From Candidatus Woesearchaeota archaeon (GTDB lineage: Archaea; Nanobdellota; Nanobdellia; Woesearchaeales; SM23-78), in the NCBI GenBank assembly GCA_965603625.1, contig CBFDDS010000001.1, forward strand, positions 1 to 29,423: a stretch of 29,423 nucleotides of DNA, in the 5' to 3' direction. The translations under genes were made by a program, and so were the position numbers. Position 1 is the first letter of the stretch. Every line of letters begins with the position of its first letter. A model generated the notes under the pieces. That model was not told the DNA's origin. It ran no database searches and saw nothing but the letters and a program-made list of their open reading frames with translations. Below are positions 1-9,019 of this stretch, piece after piece.

Positions 1-614
1 ATTTCATAGAGTTCAATATTCGTGGAGTAGGAGACGTAACTAATAAGCTAATAGAGCTTGAAACAGGGGACAGGATATGGCTTAGAGGCCCTTACGGAAC
101 AAGTTATCCAATGGAGGAGTTAAAAGGAAATAGTCTTGTGATTATTGGCGGAGGCACAGGAGTGGCTCCTTTGAGGGGTGTTCTTAAGTATCTTGAGAAA
201 TACAGAGCAGAATATGATAGAGTGCATTTGTTTTTTGGTTTTAGAAACCCTGATGAAACCCTGTTTAAGGATGATATGAAACAATGGGACAGAATCTTTG
301 ACTTGAACCTCACAGTTGACAAGGCAGATAAGGGTTATAAAGGCAGGGTCGGCCTGGTGACCCAGATTGTAGAGAAGTCAGGCCTTGATAACAAGAACAA
401 GGTTGCCCTGGTTTGCGGTCCTCCCATAATGATGAAGTTTACTATAAAGACTCTTGAAAAGCTTGGGTTTAACCATGACCAAATCTTCCTCAGCTTTGAG
501 AGGAGGATGAAGTGTGGGGTTGGCATGTGTGGCCACTGCATGATATCAGGCTTTTACGTATGCAAGGACGGCCCTGTTTTTAGGTATGACAAGGTTAGAG
601 GACTGCCAGAGTGA
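1..614 (+). CDS. hydG: Group 3b [NiFe]-hydrogenase (sulfhydrogenase) gamma subunit, FAD/NAD(P)-binding with 2Fe-2S; 5'-truncated by the window edge
   Basis: The frame is open from position 3 (FIEFNIRGVGDVTNKLIELETGDRIWLRGPYG), so ATG 111 is internal. Motifs: GGGTGVAP, CGPPIMM, SFERRMKCGVGMCGHC...CKDGPVF. Lies upstream of the delta and alpha subunits. Confidence 0.9.
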   Translation, partial: FIEFNIRGVGDVTNKLIELETGDRIWLRGPYGTSYPMEELKGNSLVIIGGGTGVAPLRGVLKYLEKYRAEYDRVHLFFGFRNPDETLFKDDMKQWDRIFDLNLTVDKADKGYKGRVGLVTQIVEKSGLDNKNKVALVCGPPIMMKFTIKTLEKLGFNHDQIFLSFERRMKCGVGMCGHCMISGFYVCKDGPVFRYDKVRGLPE

Positions 615-634
615 ATAAACTAAGTAAATAAAAA

Positions 635-1438
635 ATGCTGAACAAGAGAACAAAGCAAAGAAAACCAAGAGTAGGGGTTCATAGCATCACTGGCTGTGCC
701 GGATGCCAGCTGAGCTTCTACTTTGTGGAGGATATTCTGCTTGAGCTGATTGGCAAGATTCACCTTGTGGCTGCCCCTATGCTTAAGGGCAAGAACGAGG
801 AGGGTAATTATGATGTTCTCTTTGTTGAGGGCAGTGTGAGCTCAAAAGAGGATTTAGATAACCTGCTTAAGTGGAGGGAGCAGACCAAGTATTTGATAGC
901 TCTTGGGGCCTGCGCTTCTCATGGCTGCGTACAGTCTATGAAGCACATGATGAATGAAAAGCAGGTTGAGAAGGAGGTTTACAAGAAGTTCCCAACAGAC
1001 AAGAGATTAAAGCCAATAACCGCTGTTCCGATCCATAAACATGTGAAAGTTGATTTTTACATTCCCGGATGCCCGCCGGATAAAGAGGAGATTGCACAGG
1101 TTATAAAAATAGTTTTACAGGGAAGAATCCCTAGAGTTTATGACAAGGCTGTTTGTCATGAATGCAGCTTAAAAGAAAACTATTGCCTGCTTGACCAGGG
1201 AATAGAATGCCTTGGGCCTCTGATGAACGGGGGATGTAAAGCCCTCTGTCCAAGCTATAATCATCCATGCACTGGGTGCAGGGGCATGCTTGATGATGCT
1301 AACCTGGAATCAGGAAAAGAGATGCTTAAGGATAAGGGCTTTGACCCGGATACCATGATTAAGAGGATGACTAAATACAATACCCTGCAGTTCCTTGAGT
1401 TTGAGAATAAGCCAGAAGACGAGAGTGCTAAAAAATGA
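635..1438 (+). CDS. hydD: Group 3b [NiFe]-hydrogenase small (delta) subunit
   Basis: GCAGCQ, FVEGSV, GACASHGC, IPGCPP, and C-terminal Fe-S Cys cluster VCHEC...C...CLGP...GGCKALCP...PCTGCRG. Confidence 0.93.
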   Translation: MLNKRTKQRKPRVGVHSITGCAGCQLSFYFVEDILLELIGKIHLVAAPMLKGKNEEGNYDVLFVEGSVSSKEDLDNLLKWREQTKYLIALGACASHGCVQSMKHMMNEKQVEKEVYKKFPTDKRLKPITAVPIHKHVKVDFYIPGCPPDKEEIAQVIKIVLQGRIPRVYDKAVCHECSLKENYCLLDQGIECLGPLMNGGCKALCPSYNHPCTGCRGMLDDANLESGKEMLKDKGFDPDTMIKRMTKYNTLQFLEFENKPEDESAKK

Positions 1439-2355
1439 AAAGAATAACCTATATGTTGTTAGTTCCATTGTTAATCATATTTTTCTCTATGAATGTTGTA
1501 GGTGAAGTTGCTAATGAAACCAATTCTACTGTAGAATATGATCCGGCAATCTTAGATGCTTTTAATAATCAGTCATGGGTTAATGTTATTGTGAGATTAG
1601 TTGATAATTCTAACATAACTATTACTAGCACAAAAGAAGAAAAAACAGAGTTAATAAGACAAAGAGATGGGTGGTTTGAGCCAAAAATTGATGAAGTGTT
1701 ATCTACGCTTTCGGAAGATGAGTTTGTATCTCTGCGTAAGTTATCTAATGGATTTGGTGGTAGTATAACAATAGAAGGCTTTGATAAACTGATAAATAAC
1801 CCTGCAGTAAGTGAGATTCAGTTGGATATTGGTGGAAGTATTGCTCTTGATGAGAATATATCTGTATATACAGTAGAACATACTGTTGATTATGATCCTG
1901 AAATTTTAGAGGCTTTTTATAATCAAACACAGGTATCTATTATCGTAAGATTAAAGGATAATTCGAATATTACTGTTATTGGTTCTAAGGATGAGCGTCG
2001 CGCTCTTTCAAGGCAGAGGGATGAATGGTTTAAACCAGTTAGAGAAGAAGTTTTAGCTACTCTTTCAGAGACCGAATTCGAGTTAAGTAGCAGACTTTTT
2101 AATGGATTTAGTGGAACAATAACTAGGGAAGGCTTTGATAAATTACTAAATAATACTGCTGTGAGAAAAATCATTTGGGATAATACGCCCCTACCAGAAG
2201 CTACTACTAATGAAAACGTTTCTGTAGCAGAGAATGTTACAGAAGAAAACATAACAAATGAAACTCAAATCAAAGAAGAACCAACAGAAAAAGAACCAGA
2301 AAAACAAAATATATTTCAAAAAATAATAAATTGGGTTATAAATTTATTTGGATAG
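1435..2355 (+). CDS. Secreted/surface glycoprotein with two tandem subtilisin-propeptide (I9-like) domains and no catalytic domain
   Basis: N-terminal hydrophobic signal (MKR + LLVPLLIIFFSM), two 99-aa repeats, 12 N-x-S/T sequons, acidic linker, amphipathic C-terminus IFQKIINWVINLFG. The fold assignment is by pattern (VxVIVRL...NGFxGxIT.EG..KL..NP.V..I..D). Confidence 0.6.
   Translation: MKRITYMLLVPLLIIFFSMNVVGEVANETNSTVEYDPAILDAFNNQSWVNVIVRLVDNSNITITSTKEEKTELIRQRDGWFEPKIDEVLSTLSEDEFVSLRKLSNGFGGSITIEGFDKLINNPAVSEIQLDIGGSIALDENISVYTVEHTVDYDPEILEAFYNQTQVSIIVRLKDNSNITVIGSKDERRALSRQRDEWFKPVREEVLATLSETEFELSSRLFNGFSGTITREGFDKLLNNTAVRKIIWDNTPLPEATTNENVSVAENVTEENITNETQIKEEPTEKEPEKQNIFQKIINWVINLFG
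1531..2181 (+). repeat. Intragenic tandem duplication: unit 1 at 1531-1827, unit 2 at 1885-2181 (297 nt each)
   Basis: A hand alignment of the two 99-aa units is gap-free with 59 identical residues. Confidence 0.92.
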
Positions 2356-2358
2356 AAA

Positions 2359-3642
2359 ATGACTAAAATAGATTTACACCATATATGCAAGGTTGAGGGA
2401 CATGGAAGCCTGCACGTTGAGATAAAGGGCAGTAAGTTGACCAAGTGCGAGCTAAAAGTAGTTGAGGGAGCAAGATTCTTTGAGGGAATTGTTAAGGGAA
2501 AACGGTTTGATGATGTCCAGGAGATAACCTCAAGGATTTGCGGTATATGCTCCTGCTCTCACACAGTCGCTTGTTTGCAAGCCCTTGAGAATGCCATGGG
2601 TGTGGAGATTTCTGGGCAGACCAGAAGGTTAAGAGAACTCCTGGCAATTGGTGAGAGGATAAGAAGCCACGCAACCCATCTCTACTTCCTTGCTCTGCCC
2701 GATTACCTTGGATATGAATCAGCTCTTGCAATGGTGGGCAAGTATAAAAAAGAGGCTCTAAGAGCTCTGCATCTTATGAAGCTGGGTAACAACATGGTTC
2801 AGAGGATTGGGGGCAAGGAGATGCACCCCTTTACAAGCGTTGTCGGAGGCTTTACAGCTGTTCCTGACAGAGCAACTGTTAAATACCTTAAAGCAGAGCT
2901 TAAGAGGGCTCTGCCAGAAGCAGTGGCTACTGCAAAACTCTTCCTGAAACTAAGGCAACCCAAGTTTGAGACTGAGAAGGACTTCTTTTCTTTAAAACCA
3001 GAAAAAGATGCTCCTCTTATATCAGGCAGATTATGCTCTTTGAGTGGGTTAGAGATAAAGCCAGAAGAATATGATAAGCATATTGATGAAGAGATAATAC
3101 CCTACTCCATAGCCAAGTTCTCAAAACTCGACGGAAAAACCTTTTGTGTAGGTGCCCTTGCGAGAATTAACACGAATTATAACACTCTTAGCAAGACTGC
3201 TAAAAAGCTTTTTGAGAGGGCAAAACTAAAACTGCCTATGATGAATCCATACTACAACAACCTAATGCAGGCAATAGAACTTGCTCACTGGGTTGAGAGA
3301 GCAGGTGCTCTTCTTAACTATGGCTTTAAGTTTGATGGTCTTCCAGAGGTAAAAGCAAGGGCCGGGAGAGGAGTGAGCGCAGTTGAGGCCCCGCGGGGAG
3401 TGCTTTTTCATGATTATACTATTAACAAGCATGGCTTTGTTGAGAAGTGCAATATTATAACACCTACTGCTCAGAATCTTAGAGCAATGGAAGATGATGT
3501 TAGAAAACTGATTGAGCAAATGCTTAAGCAGAAAAAGAAAAAGGATAAGATTGTGTTGGAAGTGGAAAAGCTTATAAGAGCTTATGATCCTTGTTTTTCA
3601 TGTAGTGCACATTTCCTAAAAGTGAAATGGATAAAAAGGTGA
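2359..3642 (+). CDS. hydA: Group 3b [NiFe]-hydrogenase large (alpha) subunit
   Basis: KVEGHG, L1 RICGICSCSH, EAPRGVLFH, PTAQN, and L2 RAYDPCFSCSAH followed by a 9-aa tail (FLKVKWIKR). Confidence 0.95.
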   Translation: MTKIDLHHICKVEGHGSLHVEIKGSKLTKCELKVVEGARFFEGIVKGKRFDDVQEITSRICGICSCSHTVACLQALENAMGVEISGQTRRLRELLAIGERIRSHATHLYFLALPDYLGYESALAMVGKYKKEALRALHLMKLGNNMVQRIGGKEMHPFTSVVGGFTAVPDRATVKYLKAELKRALPEAVATAKLFLKLRQPKFETEKDFFSLKPEKDAPLISGRLCSLSGLEIKPEEYDKHIDEEIIPYSIAKFSKLDGKTFCVGALARINTNYNTLSKTAKKLFERAKLKLPMMNPYYNNLMQAIELAHWVERAGALLNYGFKFDGLPEVKARAGRGVSAVEAPRGVLFHDYTINKHGFVEKCNIITPTAQNLRAMEDDVRKLIEQMLKQKKKKDKIVLEVEKLIRAYDPCFSCSAHFLKVKWIKR

Positions 3643-3648
3643 GGTTTG

Positions 3649-4629
3649 ATGAGAGCGTTTATTGATAATATCAAAGAAAAAGCAAAGCAGAATCAAAAGA
3701 CAATTGTTTTTCCAGAGGGAACAGAAGAAAGGATTATCAGAGCAGCAGAGCAGATAATCAAGGAAGGAATAGCAAAAATCATTCTTCTGGGAGATGAGGG
3801 AGAGATAAAAAATAAAGCGCAACAACTCGGAGTTAATATTGACGGAGTAAGAATAATCAATCCTTCTAATTATGAGAAATTTGATGAATATGCTAATGCT
3901 TTTTTTGAACTTAGAAAACACAAAGGAATAACACCTAAGCAGGCAAAAGAGACCATGAAGGATGTGAGTTATTTTGGTACAATGCTGGTTCAGATGGGAG
4001 AGGCAGATGGCTTGGTGTCAGGAAGCACGCATTCAACAGCAGACACTGTGAGACCGGCATTGCAGATAATAAAAACCCATGAAAAGTTTCACAAAGTATC
4101 CAGCTTTTTTTTCATGCTTCTTAATGACAAGCTCTTAATCTTTGCTGACTGCGCAATTGTAATTAACCCTGATGCAAAAGATTTAGCAGAGATAGCAATT
4201 GATACTGCCAAGAGCGCAAAGAAGTTTGGAATAGAACCAAAAGTAGCAATGCTTTCTTTCTCTACAAAAGGCTCTGCAAAGCACCCATATGTTGATAAGG
4301 TAAGGGAAGCGGTTAGTATTGTAAAGGATAAGATGCCTGATTTGGTGGTTGATGGAGAGATGCAGGTAGATGCTGCCCTTGTACCCGAGGTATGTGAAAA
4401 AAAATGTCCTGTTTGTAAACTTCATGGAGATTCAAATCTGCTTATTTTCCCTGATTTACAATCAGGTAATATTGCTTATAAGCTTGTTGAGAGGCTTGCA
4501 AAGGCAAATGCTGTTGGCCCAATCCTACAGGGGCTAAGAAAACCAGTCAATGACCTTTCAAGAGGGTGCAGTGTTCAGGATGTTGTTGATGTCACTGCAA
4601 TTACAGCAGTAGAAGCTCAAGGCAATTAG
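3649..4629 (+). CDS. pta: Phosphate acetyltransferase
   Basis: IVFPEG, SGSTHSTADTVRPALQII, FADCA, DGEMQVDAAL, FPDLQSGNIAYKL, GPILQG..KPVNDLSRGCS. ATG 3649 is preferred over TTG 3646 (GGTGA SD 6 nt upstream). Confidence 0.95.
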   Translation: MRAFIDNIKEKAKQNQKTIVFPEGTEERIIRAAEQIIKEGIAKIILLGDEGEIKNKAQQLGVNIDGVRIINPSNYEKFDEYANAFFELRKHKGITPKQAKETMKDVSYFGTMLVQMGEADGLVSGSTHSTADTVRPALQIIKTHEKFHKVSSFFFMLLNDKLLIFADCAIVINPDAKDLAEIAIDTAKSAKKFGIEPKVAMLSFSTKGSAKHPYVDKVREAVSIVKDKMPDLVVDGEMQVDAALVPEVCEKKCPVCKLHGDSNLLIFPDLQSGNIAYKLVERLAKANAVGPILQGLRKPVNDLSRGCSVQDVVDVTAITAVEAQGN

Positions 4630-4667
4630 ATGGAAAATTTGGGATTAATAGGAAGAAGAGAAAGAAA

Positions 4668-5840
4668 ATGAAAATACTTGTCTTGAACTCAGGCAGCAGT
4701 TCATTAAAGTATAAGCTGTTTGATATGAGCACTGAGAAGCCCCTGCTCTCAGGCCATGTTGACGGCATAGGCCTTGAGAGATGTGCTGTGAAGATAGATT
4801 ATGGTGATAGAACAGAGCAAAAAAAGGTGCTTGTCAAAGACCATGTTGATGCAGTGATGCTTGCTTTAAAATCATTAAAGGAAAAAAGGGTTATAGAGGA
4901 TTATTCTGAGATTGATGCAGTTGGCCACAGAGTTGTGCATGGAGGAGAGCACTACTCTAACTCGACTCTGATTGATAGCAAGGTAATCAGGACGATAAAG
5001 GCTCTATCAGACCTTGCTCCCCTACATAACCCGCCCAATCTTGCAGGCATACTTGCATGTAAGAAGATGCTTCCCAAGCTTCCCCAAGTGGCTGTTTTTG
5101 ACACTGCTTTTCATCAGACCATACCTCCAGAAGCAAGCTTTTACGGCCTGCCCTATGAATTATATGAGAAGTATAAGATAAGAAAGTATGGCTTTCATGG
5201 GACCAGCCACAAATATGTTTCTCAGCAGGCAATAAAGCTTCTCGGTAAAAAGGAGAGCAGGATAATAACCTGTCATTTGGGTAATGGCGCTTCACTAGCA
5301 GCTGTTCTGAACGGAAAATCAATTGACACAACCATGGGCTTTACACCCTTGGAGGGTTTGATAATGGGGACAAGAGTTGGAGAGGTGGACCCAGAAATAC
5401 CCCTCTATCTAATAAGGGATAAGGGTTACAAACTAAAAGAGGTTGAGGATATGCTTAACAAGAAATCAGGCTTATTAGGAGTGTCTGGCCTGACCTCTGA
5501 TGTAAGAGACCTGTACAGGGCAGCAGTAAAGGGGAATAAAAGAGCAAAACTAGCCCTTGCACTCTTTGCTCACAGAGCAGCATTCTACATAGGAGGATAC
5601 ATAGCTCTGCTCGGAGGACTAGACGCCCTTGTATTCACTGCAGGAATAGGAGAAGGAGCCTGGTTCATGAGAAGAGATATATGCAAGTACTTTAAGCACT
5701 TAGGCATAGAGATTGACAGGAGCCTTAATAAGAAGAACAAGATAATCATTTCAAAACCAAGCTCAAAAATAAAGGTTTATGTAATACCAACAAACGAGGA
5801 GCTGCAGATAGCAAGGGAGACAAAAGAATTAATTAAATAA
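4668..5840 (+). CDS. ackA: Acetate kinase
   Basis: NSGSSSLK, GHRVVHGG, APLHNP, FDTAFH, YGFHGTSH, HLGNGAS, MGFTPLEG, FTAGIGE, PTNEE. Adjacent to pta. Confidence 0.96.
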   Translation: MKILVLNSGSSSLKYKLFDMSTEKPLLSGHVDGIGLERCAVKIDYGDRTEQKKVLVKDHVDAVMLALKSLKEKRVIEDYSEIDAVGHRVVHGGEHYSNSTLIDSKVIRTIKALSDLAPLHNPPNLAGILACKKMLPKLPQVAVFDTAFHQTIPPEASFYGLPYELYEKYKIRKYGFHGTSHKYVSQQAIKLLGKKESRIITCHLGNGASLAAVLNGKSIDTTMGFTPLEGLIMGTRVGEVDPEIPLYLIRDKGYKLKEVEDMLNKKSGLLGVSGLTSDVRDLYRAAVKGNKRAKLALALFAHRAAFYIGGYIALLGGLDALVFTAGIGEGAWFMRRDICKYFKHLGIEIDRSLNKKNKIIISKPSSKIKVYVIPTNEELQIARETKELIK

Positions 5841-6438
5841 CCTTTTCTTCTTTTAATTTATTTATTACTATTTTTTGCACATCTTCTTTGCTGTTTTTTT
5901 CTACATCAATTAAAATATCAGCAAATTCTTTTGTCGGCTCAACATATTTTTTATGCATGGGTATTAAAATTTCCTTATTATATTCTTCTTCATCGTAATA
6001 GGTTATTTTATCTCTCCTTGGTAATCCAAGTTCCATAGATATGTCAAGATATATCTTTAAATTACAAAGTTTTCTTACTTTCTCGTCTAATAATGAGAGA
6101 AATCCTTCGATAATAATAATTCTCTTTGATTTCATTAAATGTGGTATTCTTCCTTTTTCTTCATATTTTGGATTTAGAATACTGCTTTTGGTCATCACAT
6201 TCACATCTTGTCCTGAAATTAATTTTTTTAGATCATCATGTAACTTAGAAAAATCAATTCCATCTGGATGATCCCAGTTTCTCATACCATGTAAAAGTGG
6301 CACATCTTCTTTTTCTTTTTGATAATCATCAAAATGCATAACTTCAACTAAGTTTGGAAACCTATCCTTTAGACCATAAGCTAAAGTTGATTTACCACAA
6401 CCAGAACCACCAGTAATTGCAATAACATATTTGTCCAT
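5833..6438 (-). CDS. udk: Uridine kinase family P-loop kinase
   Basis: GGSGCGKST, HFDDY, NWDHPDGIDF (NFDHP-like), IIIEGFL. AT-rich gene whose 3' end overlaps that of ackA by 8 nt. Confidence 0.8.
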   Translation of the reverse strand: MDKYVIAITGGSGCGKSTLAYGLKDRFPNLVEVMHFDDYQKEKEDVPLLHGMRNWDHPDGIDFSKLHDDLKKLISGQDVNVMTKSSILNPKYEEKGRIPHLMKSKRIIIIEGFLSLLDEKVRKLCNLKIYLDISMELGLPRRDKITYYDEEEYNKEILIPMHKKYVEPTKEFADILIDVEKNSKEDVQKIVINKLKEEKVI

Positions 6439-6460
6439 ATGTAAAAGAAGAGATATGAAG

Positions 6461-6468
6461 TTTATAAA
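6461..6468 (-). promoter_or_regulatory. Archaeal TATA box for a near-leaderless udk transcript
   Basis: TTTATAAA lies 23-30 nt upstream of the ATG at 6438. Confidence 0.6.
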
Positions 6469-6483
6469 TTTATATGTTAGAAT

Positions 6484-7410
6484 TCAATCCTTCCCACACA
6501 ACTTCTTCAGATGCTCCCATCTTTTGTCAACATTGGCTTGAAGTTGCTCTACTATGTGGGCATTTTCTGGCTTCATTAAGTGCCTGAATCTTTTCTGCAT
6601 CTTGAGCCACTCCATTATTGGCTTTTTGTTAGCGCCAGGGTCGTAGTTTAATTTCCACTCATCATTTTCTACTTCAAACAACGGCCAGAAACAGGTGTCA
6701 ACTGCCATTTTAGCTAGTTTGATGGTTTTGTGCATTGGATACTTCCATCCTGGAACGCATGGGCTTAGAACATTGATAAATGCGGGTCCATTAACTGCAA
6801 AGGCTTTTTCTGATTTTCTTATTAAGTCCATGTAATTATGAGGGCTTGCCTGTGCAACATAAGGAATGTGATGAGCTGCAACAACAGCTGTTAAGTCTTT
6901 TTTGAATTGTTCTTTTCCTTTGTGAACTTTTCCCACTTGTGATGTGTTTGTCCATGCTCCATATGGAGTACTTGAACTCCTTTGGATTCCTGTATTCATG
7001 TATCCTTCATTGTCAACGCATACATAAACAAAGTTATGCCCTCTTTCTAGTGAGCCTGATAATGATTGAAGTCCAATATCATATGTTCCTCCGTCTCCGC
7101 CAAAAGCAAGGAACTTTATCTCTTTCTGAATCTTTCCTTTCTTTTTCAGTGCTTTGAAGGCTGATTCTGCTCCTGTAATTGTTGCTGCTGCATTTTCAAA
7201 AGCATTGTGTATCCATGGAACATTCCAAGCAGTGTAAGGGTAGATGGTTGTGCTTACTTCTAAGCATCCAGTTGCATTAGAAACAACTATTGGGTCCTTA
7301 GTCCCTCTCATAACTGCTCTTGCAATTATTGACAATCCGCAGCCAGGGCAGAGCCTGTGTCCTGGTGCAAGTCGTTCTCCATCCAATGCAAGTTCACGAA
7401 TGTTTGGCAT
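6484..7410 (-). CDS. porB: Pyruvate:ferredoxin oxidoreductase beta subunit (TPP-binding)
   Basis: GHRLCPGCG, NATGCLEV, GGDGGTYDIG, DNEGYMNTGIQRSS, SPCVPGW. Confidence 0.95.
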   Translation of the reverse strand: MPNIRELALDGERLAPGHRLCPGCGLSIIARAVMRGTKDPIVVSNATGCLEVSTTIYPYTAWNVPWIHNAFENAAATITGAESAFKALKKKGKIQKEIKFLAFGGDGGTYDIGLQSLSGSLERGHNFVYVCVDNEGYMNTGIQRSSSTPYGAWTNTSQVGKVHKGKEQFKKDLTAVVAAHHIPYVAQASPHNYMDLIRKSEKAFAVNGPAFINVLSPCVPGWKYPMHKTIKLAKMAVDTCFWPLFEVENDEWKLNYDPGANKKPIMEWLKMQKRFRHLMKPENAHIVEQLQANVDKRWEHLKKLCGKD

Positions 7411-7434
7411 TTTGTTTTCTTTTCTCTTTCTTAT

Positions 7435-8619
7435 TTACTCTCTAACTCCTAAGTACCTTACAAGTTCTCCTAAATTACCATTTTTTACTTGTTCTAAATC
7501 TGAATAAACCTTTTTTATCTGGGCAATATCCAGCTCCCTGCCGCCAAGTCCATAAATATAATCAATGATGTGAGGTTTTTGCTGTTGTTCATGGAATGAG
7601 CTTCTTACTTCGCTGAAGATTGGGCCTCCAAATGCTCCAAAGCTGTCGCTTCTGTCTAATACAGCTACTGCTTTTGCTCTTCCAAGTTTTTCAACAACCA
7701 TTTTGTTAAGGAAAGGCCTGAAAACCCTCATTTTTAGCAAGCCAACTTTTTGCCCTTGATCTCTTAGCTCGTCGACAACAACCCTTATTGTTCCTGCGCT
7801 GCTGTTAGCGCAAATAATAACTTTTTCAGCGTCTTCAAGCTTGTAGCCTTCAAAAAAATCATAGTCTTTGCCTGATATTTTTCCAAACTCATCAAAGATT
7901 TCGCGAATAACCTTTACAGAGTTCTGCATTGCCAGCACTTGCTGCCTTTTATGCTCAAAATAATAATCAAATAAATCTAGAGGGCCATATGTGACTGGCT
8001 TCTCAACATCAAGCAAAGGATAATGTGGCTTGTACTCTCCAATAAAATTCTTCACAGTTTCATCATCAAAAAAATCAACTGTTTCAACACCATGGCTTGT
8101 TATAAATCCGTCCTGGCAAACCATTACTGGCAAAAGAACTTCTGGGTGCTCACCAATTCTCATAGCCATAATAGTATTTTCATAAACTTCTTCACCATTT
8201 TCAGAATAAAGCTGTATCCATCCTGAGTCACGGCACCCCATGCTGTCAGAATGATCGCAATGAATATTGATTGGCCCGCTTAATGCCCTGTTAACAATGT
8301 TCATGACAATAGGAAGCCTTGTGCTTGCAGCAATATAGACAATCTCCCACATTAAAGCAAGTCCATTAGCGCTTGTTGCTGTCATGGTCCTTGCTCCTGC
8401 TGCACTGCTTCCAACACACGCACTCATAGCACTGTGCTCAGATTCAACTGTTATGAATTCAGTATCTACATCTCCGTCAGCAACAAACTGGGAAAAAGAA
8501 TGCATGATCTTAGTTTGGGGAGTGATTGGATAAGCAGCAACAACATCAGGATTAATCTGTCGCATAGCCTCAGCTGTGCACTCTGCTCCTGTTTTTGCTT
8601 TTCTTGTTTTCTTGACCAT
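7435..8619 (-). CDS. porA: Pyruvate:ferredoxin oxidoreductase alpha subunit
   Basis: AYPITPQT, VESEHSAMS, TATSANGLALM, NRALSGPINIHCDHSD, YGLGGR. Confidence 0.95.
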   Translation of the reverse strand: MVKKTRKAKTGAECTAEAMRQINPDVVAAYPITPQTKIMHSFSQFVADGDVDTEFITVESEHSAMSACVGSSAAGARTMTATSANGLALMWEIVYIAASTRLPIVMNIVNRALSGPINIHCDHSDSMGCRDSGWIQLYSENGEEVYENTIMAMRIGEHPEVLLPVMVCQDGFITSHGVETVDFFDDETVKNFIGEYKPHYPLLDVEKPVTYGPLDLFDYYFEHKRQQVLAMQNSVKVIREIFDEFGKISGKDYDFFEGYKLEDAEKVIICANSSAGTIRVVVDELRDQGQKVGLLKMRVFRPFLNKMVVEKLGRAKAVAVLDRSDSFGAFGGPIFSEVRSSFHEQQQKPHIIDYIYGLGGRELDIAQIKKVYSDLEQVKNGNLGELVRYLGVRE

Positions 8620-8632
8620 TTTTATCTTAAGT

Positions 8633-9019
8633 TCAGTCCTTAAACTCCTTTTCTTCTTTCATTTCAATTGCTTTGAAAGGGCATTCCTCTGCGCAAATAC
8701 CACATCCTTTGCAGAAATCCAAGTCAAAGCCTCCAAAGTTGCCAAGGTTTGGTTTGTTACTGACCCCCTTTTTTCCTTTAGCAGGGTCATCAACTTTTCC
8801 AACTTTAATACATGAGTCAGGGCATACCATCCAGCAAATCATGCAGTTGGTGCATTTCTCAGGATTATGAACTGGCCTGAAAGTTCTCCAGTCGCCGGTC
8901 TTATACTCTTTACTGTTGCCAGCTTCAAGAATTTTTCCACCAATAGGAATCTCTTTCCAGTTCTTTAGCTTAGATTTATGTTCTTCATGATGAGTATGCT
9001 GTCCATTACCTTCTGTCAT
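8633..9019 (-). CDS. porD: Pyruvate:ferredoxin oxidoreductase delta subunit (2x[4Fe-4S])
   Basis: KTGDWRTFRP, CTNCMICWMVCP, DFCKGCGICAEECP. Start overlaps the porG stop (ATGA). Confidence 0.93.
   Translation of the reverse strand: MTEGNGQHTHHEEHKSKLKNWKEIPIGGKILEAGNSKEYKTGDWRTFRPVHNPEKCTNCMICWMVCPDSCIKVGKVDDPAKGKKGVSNKPNLGNFGGFDLDFCKGCGICAEECPFKAIEMKEEKEFKD

Noticed and set aside
1432-2362. AAAATGA direct repeat (1432-1438 and 2356-2362) as a target-site duplication of a mobile element
   Set aside because: The same heptamer is the ordinary start context of ackA, moxR and ROK, and no terminal inverted repeats or transposase are present. Kept only as part of the junction hypothesis.
1435-3642. 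Functional link between the propeptide-like protein and proteolytic maturation of the HydA C-terminal tail
   Set aside because: HydA is cytoplasmic and cut by HycI/HybD-type endopeptidases, whereas the insert is predicted to be exported and I9 domains target subtilases.
3607-3642. Absence of hyp and maturation-protease genes beside a HydA with a cleavable tail
   Set aside because: Maturation genes are commonly unlinked and the operon is cut by the window edge, so the absence is uninformative.
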